From positions 403,337 through 467,336 of the forward strand of contig JBALVN010000001.1 in NCBI GenBank assembly GCA_036961455.1: DNA of 64,000 nucleotides. The letters run 5' to 3'. The position numbers were made by a program, and so were the translations under genes. The stretch is from Halioglobus sp. Its GTDB lineage: Bacteria; Pseudomonadota; Gammaproteobacteria; Pseudomonadales; Halieaceae. The number at the start of each line of letters is the position of its first letter. The stretch's first letter is position 1. Below, one piece after another: positions 57,177 through 64,000 of this stretch. The notes beneath the pieces were generated by a model. That model worked only from the letters and a program-made list of their open reading frames with translations. It was not told the origin of the DNA and did not search any database.

Positions 57177-57883
57177 TGGCGACTATTTATCTAATTCGAC
57201 ATGGGCAGGCCTCCTTTGGCGCGGCGAACTACGACCAACTGTCTGCACTGGGGCAGTTACAAGCGACGCGCACGGGGCAATATCTGTCGCGGGCGGGTAT
57301 CAAACTGGATGCCGCTTACAGCGGTGACCTGTGGCGCCAGAGAGAAACCTGCGAGCGAGCCTGCCATGAACTGGATGGCGATATTTCGCATCATGTTGAT
57401 GCCCGCTTCAACGAGATCCGTAACGATGAACAGGTGAAAGCGCTTGCCCCGGTGATCGCCGACAAAGATCCCGCCTTCAAGGCATTGCTGGAAAATGGTC
57501 TCACCGACAGTAAGCACTACCAGAAGGTCATTGAAGCGGTGTTCAATTACTGGGTGAGCAACGACTGTGCGCAGTATGGTATTCAAGGCTGGGAGGAGTA
57601 TTCCACCCTGGCACATCAGGCTTTAGCTGAGGTTATGCGCAAAGAGGGGGGAGGCAAGACAATCGGTATCTTCACTTCGGGTGGCACCATAGCGACCTTG
57701 GTGGCTCACGTATTGGGGCTCAATGGCGCCCAAACCTACCAGTTCTATGAGCCCATATTTAATTGTTCAGTGACACAACTTTTGTATTCGGGGCAAAAAG
57801 TCTCGCTGTCTTACTTTAACGACCGGTCTTTCTTGCAGTTAATGGGCGAGCAGCACCAGGAACAACTGGTGAGCTATCGCTAG
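57176..57883 (+). CDS. histidine phosphatase (phosphoglycerate-mutase-like) family protein
   Basis: It has the IYLIRHGQASFG RHG motif. The start overlaps the aceK stop by 1 nt. Confidence 0.8.
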   Translation: MATIYLIRHGQASFGAANYDQLSALGQLQATRTGQYLSRAGIKLDAAYSGDLWRQRETCERACHELDGDISHHVDARFNEIRNDEQVKALAPVIADKDPAFKALLENGLTDSKHYQKVIEAVFNYWVSNDCAQYGIQGWEEYSTLAHQALAEVMRKEGGGKTIGIFTSGGTIATLVAHVLGLNGAQTYQFYEPIFNCSVTQLLYSGQKVSLSYFNDRSFLQLMGEQHQEQLVSYR

Positions 57884-59238
57884 GGTGCGTTGACCGCAAG
57901 CTTGAGATTTAGCCATTTTCTCGATCTGTAGCGGCGCAGCAACATGCTGGATTTGATGATGTAGTCCAGAATCATTACCGCAAATATCCAGTGAACCGAG
58001 AAACCTAGCGTTAGGAATGCAAACGCGGGTATCAGGCGACCAAAGATAATGCCGCATACCGTGGCCAGTAGAGGAAAACGGGTATCTCCGGCACCGCGCA
58101 GTGCTCCCGAAAGAGTGATGTCCACAGCCATAATTGGCTGGGCGATCGCAATGATGTAGATGAACACTACAGTCAGTTGTATGGTCTCTTCATCCTCAAT
58201 CATGAAACCGGCCAGGTCTCTGGCGAAGACCGCCAGTAGCACTGAAAAAATCGACATGGCAGCAAGGGCCATACGCAGGCCTCTCCAGCCTGCTTTCATA
58301 GCTTGCTCCGGATGTCCCGCGCCCAACTGCTGACCCACCAGGGTGGCCGCAGCGATGCCAAAGCCAAAGCCGACCACAATCGAGAAAGACACAATGCTTA
58401 TGCCTATACCGTAGGCGGCGTAGGAGGTTGTACCGTATTGGCCAACGATGGCGAAAAATGCCAGGAACGCTATCTGGATAAAGCCTTGCTCCAGTACTGA
58501 AGGGGCGCCAATGCTTATCAGGTGGCGAGCTTTAGGCAGGTCAATACGCCACTGCTTGACCGCTTGCAGGTTGAATTTGCCGCGCCACCAAACCATAGCG
58601 AAAACAGAGGTGACCATGGCGGCGGCAAAACTTCCACCCAAGGCCACACCAGATACCCCCATTGGAGGTAAGCCGCCAATACCATGGGCGAGCATATAGC
58701 CAAACAATACATTGAACGTCGAGCTGAACATCAAAAAGCAAAGGGGAGTGATGACATCGCCGGTTGCGCGCAGTGACGTCGCGAGCAGCATGTTCAAGGC
58801 GGAGAAAATATTGAATACCCCCAGCCAGAAAATAAAACTCGCTGTTTGCCTGGTGGTTTCTTCGTCTAGCCCAAACAGACTGGCTACTGCTTCCGGAACC
58901 AGTAGCGTGGGTAATGATAGGATTAATCCAAGTACCAGGCCCAGGGCAATGGCGGTCCAGGACACCATTTCTGCCTCGGCGATGCGCTTGGCTCCCCAGC
59001 TGCGGGCGACCATTGCCGTGGTGGCTATAGACAGCCCCATTAGCACGGCTTGAATCAGGAAAAAGATTCGATGGCCGCTAGTGACCGCGGCGACCGCGCT
59101 GGTGCCCAGCCCCGAGACAATCTTGATATGGGCAAGGCCGACGGTGGTGAACAGCAGATTGGAAATAATAGTAGGCCAGGCCAGCTGCCAGACCCGGCGG
59201 CTGCTAGAGGCGTGTTGATTGTCTGTCTGGTCACTCAC
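57880..59238 (-). CDS. MATE-family efflux transporter
   Basis: It has 12 TM helices and MATE N-terminal features (VWQLAWPTIISNLL). Confidence 0.85.
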   Translation of the reverse strand: MSDQTDNQHASSSRRVWQLAWPTIISNLLFTTVGLAHIKIVSGLGTSAVAAVTSGHRIFFLIQAVLMGLSIATTAMVARSWGAKRIAEAEMVSWTAIALGLVLGLILSLPTLLVPEAVASLFGLDEETTRQTASFIFWLGVFNIFSALNMLLATSLRATGDVITPLCFLMFSSTFNVLFGYMLAHGIGGLPPMGVSGVALGGSFAAAMVTSVFAMVWWRGKFNLQAVKQWRIDLPKARHLISIGAPSVLEQGFIQIAFLAFFAIVGQYGTTSYAAYGIGISIVSFSIVVGFGFGIAAATLVGQQLGAGHPEQAMKAGWRGLRMALAAMSIFSVLLAVFARDLAGFMIEDEETIQLTVVFIYIIAIAQPIMAVDITLSGALRGAGDTRFPLLATVCGIIFGRLIPAFAFLTLGFSVHWIFAVMILDYIIKSSMLLRRYRSRKWLNLKLAVNAP

Positions 59239-59246
59239 TTGCAGGT

Positions 59247-59831
59247 TTAGCGCTTGCTAGCCAGGGACTTGCATTCCCGGTGACGAAAGCAATCCGTAGT
59301 GTGGTCGTTGACCATGCCAGTGGCCTGCATATGGGCATACATAATGGTTGAGCCAACAAAGGTGAAGCCGCGCTTTTTCATGTCTTTGCTCAGAGCGTCG
59401 GAAATAGGCGTGGTGGCTGGCACCTGAGCCATCGATTTCCACTTGTTCTGGATTGGCTTGCCGTCGACGAAATCCCAGATGTAGTTGGCGAAGCTACCTT
59501 TTTCCGCCTGTACCTCAAGAAAGGCCAGGGCATTTTTACGCGCACCATAAACTTTCAGGCGATTGCGGATAATGGCAGGGTTGAGCAGGTGTTTCTCCAG
59601 TTTTTTGTCGGTGAAGCGAGCGACCTTCTGGGGATCAAAGCTACTGAACAGTTTTCGGTAGGCTTCGCGCTTTTTAAGGACCGTGATCCATGACAAGCCC
59701 GCCTGGGCACCTTCCAAAATAAGGAACTCGAACAAGGTCTGGTCGTCCCACACGGGTACGCCCCACTCGTCGTCGTGGTACTGCATGTAAAGTGGATCGG
59801 TGCCGCACCAGGTGCAACGGATATCGGACAT
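59247..59831 (-). CDS. tag: DNA-3-methyladenine glycosylase I
   Basis: MSDIRCTWCGTDPLYMQYHDDEWGVPVWDDQTLFEFLILEGAQAGLSW is canonical Tag. The upstream extension in the ORF track is rejected. Confidence 0.9.
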   Translation of the reverse strand: MSDIRCTWCGTDPLYMQYHDDEWGVPVWDDQTLFEFLILEGAQAGLSWITVLKKREAYRKLFSSFDPQKVARFTDKKLEKHLLNPAIIRNRLKVYGARKNALAFLEVQAEKGSFANYIWDFVDGKPIQNKWKSMAQVPATTPISDALSKDMKKRGFTFVGSTIMYAHMQATGMVNDHTTDCFRHRECKSLASKR

Positions 59832-59957
59832 AGAGCACTCCTCGTGACGGAAAAGGGAGTATGGGCGCGAGGATGATGCATGTCTAGCGGCTAGCTCGAA
59901 CTGGCACCTGGTGGTTGCATGTGCCAGACTTTGGCCGTGAGCAACTCGGGGTTTAGC

Positions 59958-60716
59958 ATGACAGATACAATTCTTTACGAGCAGATGGGGCACATAGGCT
60001 GCCTGACACTCAATAATCCAGCACGTCACAACTCACTGGGTCAGGGTGAATTGGAAGCAATTCAGTCTCACTTGAGCGCGGCAGAGCAAAACGGTGATGT
60101 CAGGGTGCTAGTGGTGACCGGTGCGGGCGAGAAAACCTTCTGTGCGGGCGCTTCCCTGAACGAACTTGGGGAGGGAAAGATCAGTGGCGACTGTTTTCAG
60201 GCGACAACCGACCAGCTGGCAAAATTGTCGGTGCCTACGATTGCATCGCTCAATGGTAATGTCTTCGGTGGCGGCGTTGAGCTTGCCCTCAGCTGCGACT
60301 TTCGAATTGGCATAGAAGGGAGCCGCATGCGCGTCCCTGCGGCCGCTATAGGCCTGTGCTATCCCCTCAGTGGCATCAATCGCTTTGTTGAGCGCCTTGG
60401 CGTTAACCTGGCCAAGCGAATACTGGTCGCCTCGGAGGAGTTCGATGCCGAAGCCATGTTGGACATCGGCTTTCTCGACCATCTGGTGCTGCCAGCGCAG
60501 AGACAACAGGTTACCGATGATCTGGCACAGCATATCGCTGGCCTGGCGCCATTGGCGGTAAAATCCATGAAAAAAATTCTGCAGCAAGCAGCAGCGGGTG
60601 GTATCGATATGGATTCAGCGCGAGAGCTTTCGGATATGTGTCTTGGCTCTGAAGACTTGCAGGAGGGCTTTGCCGCCCAGCGGGAAAAACGCAAACCCCG
60701 TTTTCAGGGGGCTTAG
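59958..60716 (+). CDS. enoyl-CoA hydratase/isomerase family protein
   Basis: It has crotonase motifs (VVTGAGEKTFCAGASLNE, NGNVFGGGVELALSCDFRI). Confidence 0.85.
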   Translation: MTDTILYEQMGHIGCLTLNNPARHNSLGQGELEAIQSHLSAAEQNGDVRVLVVTGAGEKTFCAGASLNELGEGKISGDCFQATTDQLAKLSVPTIASLNGNVFGGGVELALSCDFRIGIEGSRMRVPAAAIGLCYPLSGINRFVERLGVNLAKRILVASEEFDAEAMLDIGFLDHLVLPAQRQQVTDDLAQHIAGLAPLAVKSMKKILQQAAAGGIDMDSARELSDMCLGSEDLQEGFAAQREKRKPRFQGA

Positions 60717-60722
60717 ACGAGC

Positions 60723-61619
60723 TTAGCCGGGTGCCAGAGGACCGTGGCAGCGCAGCTCCCGGTCTATAGCCATCCAGGGTATACCCAGATTCTCCAGCCA
60801 GTGAATGGCCGCCTTTTCGGTTTTGAGTCTGGCTATGCTGGCGGCACCACAGGCGTCCAGACAGCTGTCTGCTACAACACTGACGCTGAGCATGCCCGGT
60901 ATGGGATAGCCGTCAACCGGGCTCAAGCCTCGACCGAAAATCTCATTGTTGAGCAGGGTGCGACGCTCGAAATCTCCGCGCATGGCAAAGCCCTTGCCAT
61001 TGAGCTTGATGCGATTGATTGCGGTGCGACTTCCGAGTGGGTGGCGCAGCCCAAGCAACCAGTTCGCGCCGTCGGCTTGCTTGCCAATGGTCGCTGCATC
61101 CTGCGCCATCTCAATCATCGCGCTCTCTACGCCCTCTTTAGTTAAGCGCTTGCGCACCGAGTCAATTGCGTAAGGACGAATGCAGCTATTGAGGTCCAGC
61201 AGCATACCTTTGTGGGGCAGTAGTGCTCCTTTATCCGAGATCTCTAGCTTGGCCCAACCGACCAGATTGAGCATGGCCTTAATTTGGGGCTCTGTAGCCT
61301 TTAGTTGACCATTGTCGTCATAGCAGTTTTGCAGGAGACGAGTGGTTGGGTCGAACAAATGGCTGCTCTCTTGCCAAAGGGCAGAGACAAAGTCGAAAAG
61401 GCTGCGTGCCTCTGGATCCAAAGGCGTGAAGCTGCCAGTGCCAGCAGACTGATTAATGCGACTGATAAGGCTTTGTGCATGATAGGCACTGAACTTGGCT
61501 TCCAATCGGGAGAATTCGCCAATAGCAATGTCTACCAGTTGATCGGCCTCGCTGGGAATGGCGTTGATGGCCAGCTGACAGGAACTACCGAAGCAGTTAA
61601 TACGTTTCCTGTGCATCAT
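60723..61619 (-). CDS. apbE: FAD:protein FMN transferase (ApbE family)
   Basis: It shows ApbE-like patterns (KGFAMRGDFER...SPVDGYPIPGMLSVSVVADSCLDACGAASIA). No obvious signal peptide is present. Confidence 0.65.
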   Translation of the reverse strand: MMHRKRINCFGSSCQLAINAIPSEADQLVDIAIGEFSRLEAKFSAYHAQSLISRINQSAGTGSFTPLDPEARSLFDFVSALWQESSHLFDPTTRLLQNCYDDNGQLKATEPQIKAMLNLVGWAKLEISDKGALLPHKGMLLDLNSCIRPYAIDSVRKRLTKEGVESAMIEMAQDAATIGKQADGANWLLGLRHPLGSRTAINRIKLNGKGFAMRGDFERRTLLNNEIFGRGLSPVDGYPIPGMLSVSVVADSCLDACGAASIARLKTEKAAIHWLENLGIPWMAIDRELRCHGPLAPG

Positions 61620-61735
61620 GGCGTTATCGAGTATCTCTAGTGGTGGTCAAGCATTGTCAGTGACTGCCTATATTATTGGCAGTTTCCGTATATGGCAACG
61701 GTCTAGGAAAAATCGTCCCCCGGGCTTGGGTATCT

Positions 61736-64000
61736 CTAGTCTGTTAGGGGCAGTTCTAACGAAATTTGAGAGCCATTGTCATGCGTGACATTGATGGCCC
61801 CTCCCAGCGACTGGGCTAGGGCATCTACGATTTTCAGTCCCATTGATTGCGACGAAGGAGCGAGCGAATCTGGAGACCAGCCCATACCATCGTCTGCCAC
61901 CGAGAGTATGAGGGTTCTCTCGGAATGTGATAGGTGATTTATGTCGGCCCGGAACTCGATGAAATTTGCGGCGGAATCCGTCGAAAAAGCATGCAGTAAA
62001 GCGTTCTCAAACAACTCGTAGAGGATGACAGCAGCGGGGGAGGCAATGCGCGCAGGCAGCAGCTCTGAAGTGGTCAGATTGATGGTTGTTATTGTTACCG
62101 GATCAACCGGTGTGGACTGCAGCAGGTGGTTTGTAAGGCTATCCACGTAGGTACTCAGGTTTGCCATTAGCATGCCTCCCTGGAAGTAGTAGCAACCCTC
62201 GAGCAGCTCCATAGCTTTCAGGTGGCCTCGAATCCTGGGATTGGCTTGCCCCTTATCTGAGGATTCCAGACATCTCCCGATCAGTTCCAGAGTATCCAAA
62301 TTGTGCTTATGCACTGCGCGAATCAGCTCGTTGTGAAACTCTTGGCTGTCCTGCAGGTCATCCTGCGCTCTATCAGCTGAATCCTGCATTTCAACCGCAA
62401 ACCTCAGCGCCTCTTCCTTAAGAAGATGCGATCGATACACTCGCATGACGCCCCAGATCAGAGCCAGAGCCAGAGCAACATAGAGGCAACCTGCCCACCA
62501 GGTAAACCACCAAGGTGGCAGCACCCGTATCTTCAGTGAAACACCTTCTTCGTTCCATATCCCTGCGGAATTCGCGGCCTTCGCCCGAAACACATATTCG
62601 CCGGGAGCCAGGTTGGTGTAATTAATCGTATTGTCCGTTCCATCGTCTATCCAGGATTGATCGAAGCCTTCGAGGATGTGGGAGTATTGGTTGCTGGCTG
62701 GATCAGCAAAATCCAGTAGGTTGACCCGAATACTAAGAGAATTTGAATCAGGTGATAGTTGAAGAGTTTCTACAGTTGATAGCTCATAATAAGATATTTT
62801 ACGTCTGTTACCAATCTCGATCTGGCTGATAATTGTAGGTGAAGGCTGATTTACGAACTCGACTAGACTAGGGGTCAATTTGTTATAGCCATTTACACCG
62901 CCGAAATACATGTCACCACTTGAATCCCGAAAATAGGCACCAAAATTATAATCGTCAGCTTGGAGTCCATCCTGAGGTGTTAGCCTAAATTTTTGCTTTC
63001 CGTCTGGCTCAAGTACAACGATTCCCTGTTGGGTGGAGCACCACACATTGTGCTGGTCATCAAAGAGAATGCCGTAGACTGTTGTTGCGGTTAAGTCTAT
63101 GTGGTCAGTAAATCTATGGACCTGCGACAGGCCCTGGTCTCTGTCGCTACCTTTCCAGATAAAAATACCATGATCCTTGGTGCCAATAAGCAGGTTACCA
63201 TCTCTACTTTCATTGATACTAAGAAAGAGAGGGGAGCTAGCTTCAATCGGAAACTCAAGCTCAGTGTCTCTAAACGATCTTGAAGATCTACTGTATTGAT
63301 ATAACTGTCGCTCCGATCCTGCAAAAATTTCGCCATCGAGTGTTTCGAAAACTTGTGTGAAAGATAGCTCTTTTCCCGAATCGATGGCAATTAGGTCGGC
63401 GTTATCAAGTATGAAAACGCCTTTGTTATATGACGAAACCCAAATAGTACCGTCAGTTGTGACTAGAATTTTCGTTACAGCCAAATCTGATGTAGTGGGA
63501 TTTGAAAGAGAGGCAAGGCTGTTATTCCTTAAGTCTAGCTTATACAGGCCGTGTTGCTGAAGACCGATAAAAATCGAATCACCGTGACTCGCAAGTGCCA
63601 TTATTCTGTTGTCAGGAAGCGACGACCCGTCGCCTGTAACAAGGTGTAAATGTTTGCCAGTTTCTTCTTGAAATCGAAAAATTCCATTGTAGGTTCCGAT
63701 CCAAACATCGCTTTTTGAATCTTCACTGAATGCCAATACGTCGTTGTAGATTTCGCTGTTTCTATGATTGTAGTTGGAAATTGAGTTTGGCCTTATTTGA
63801 TCAAGTCCTTGATAGGTGCCGATTAGAAGAAATCCGTTTCCGGGGAAAATTCTCGTAATGTAGTCATGTGATAGCTTTGAATTTTTTTGGCTAAAGTGTT
63901 TCGTGGTCTTCGTGTCTATCGAGGACACTATTAGGCCTCCGTCAGTCCCTATCCATAATGTGCCCTCAATCGTTAGAATGTCTGTGATTCTGGACACGTC
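61736..64000 (-). CDS. sensor histidine kinase with two-component-regulator beta-propeller and Y_Y_Y domains (5' end beyond window)
   Basis: It has repeated propeller blades (..WIGT..GL..), a Y_Y_Y-like segment (YTNLAPGEYVFRAKAANSAGIWNEEG), a TM helix, then a HisKA_2-like/HATPase C-terminus. The ORF is open to the window edge. Confidence 0.75.
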   Translation of the reverse strand, partial: DVSRITDILTIEGTLWIGTDGGLIVSSIDTKTTKHFSQKNSKLSHDYITRIFPGNGFLLIGTYQGLDQIRPNSISNYNHRNSEIYNDVLAFSEDSKSDVWIGTYNGIFRFQEETGKHLHLVTGDGSSLPDNRIMALASHGDSIFIGLQQHGLYKLDLRNNSLASLSNPTTSDLAVTKILVTTDGTIWVSSYNKGVFILDNADLIAIDSGKELSFTQVFETLDGEIFAGSERQLYQYSRSSRSFRDTELEFPIEASSPLFLSINESRDGNLLIGTKDHGIFIWKGSDRDQGLSQVHRFTDHIDLTATTVYGILFDDQHNVWCSTQQGIVVLEPDGKQKFRLTPQDGLQADDYNFGAYFRDSSGDMYFGGVNGYNKLTPSLVEFVNQPSPTIISQIEIGNRRKISYYELSTVETLQLSPDSNSLSIRVNLLDFADPASNQYSHILEGFDQSWIDDGTDNTINYTNLAPGEYVFRAKAANSAGIWNEEGVSLKIRVLPPWWFTWWAGCLYVALALALIWGVMRVYRSHLLKEEALRFAVEMQDSADRAQDDLQDSQEFHNELIRAVHKHNLDTLELIGRCLESSDKGQANPRIRGHLKAMELLEGCYYFQGGMLMANLSTYVDSLTNHLLQSTPVDPVTITTINLTTSELLPARIASPAAVILYELFENALLHAFSTDSAANFIEFRADINHLSHSERTLILSVADDGMGWSPDSLAPSSQSMGLKIVDALAQSLGGAINVTHDNGSQISLELPLTD

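Overview
This is a gammaproteobacterial chromosomal window. By eye the GC content is high, about 55-57%; I did not compute it.

**Core backbone (38.7-50 kb).** The order is Pseudomonas-like: smpB, SNF transporter, ratA, rnfH, bamE, fur, recN, hrcA, grpE, dnaK, dnaJ, dapB. The sigma-32 promoters in front of grpE and dnaK are clear.

**Other housekeeping and metabolic genes:**
- M16 peptidase
- kinase/IMPase pair
- serine hydrolase
- MMPL/RND exporter
- HlyD-ABC-FtsX efflux operon, facing a divergent sigma-54 two-component pair
- acyl-CoA dehydrogenase/LLM/SDR cluster
- aceK, tag, apbE, a MATE pump, and a propeller-type sensor kinase

**tmRNA region.** A tmRNA gene (tag ANDDNYGAQLAA) lies 6.3 kb downstream of smpB. 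The gap holds a TauE-family permease and a 1631-aa secreted repeat protein.

**Main finding (5.4-13 kb).** This accessory stretch is saturated with one repeat family:
- One 814-bp unit encodes an IS200-like/RAYT HUH-Y1 transposase, bounded by 17-nt inverted repeats (GGGGACAGTTTACTTAA).
- Four internally deleted MITE-like copies (253 or 174 bp) keep the last codons of the transposase.
- There is also a 57-bp minimal hairpin copy, solo ends, and a related second repeat family around a HiPIP gene.
- All copies share one orientation.
- Two host genes take their stop codon from a copy.

**Toxin-antitoxin loci.** The same region holds three. parE-phd is intact and flanked by direct repeats. higB-higA has lost its start codon and carries a 1-nt frameshift in the toxin. 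brnT-brnA has a truncated toxin.

**Left edge (1-5.3 kb).** This AT-richer part carries a tightly coupled four-gene membrane GTPase/DUF697/glycine-zipper cluster, plus two orphan genes of unknown function.

All calls come from reading the sequence and ORF translations. No database search was run.
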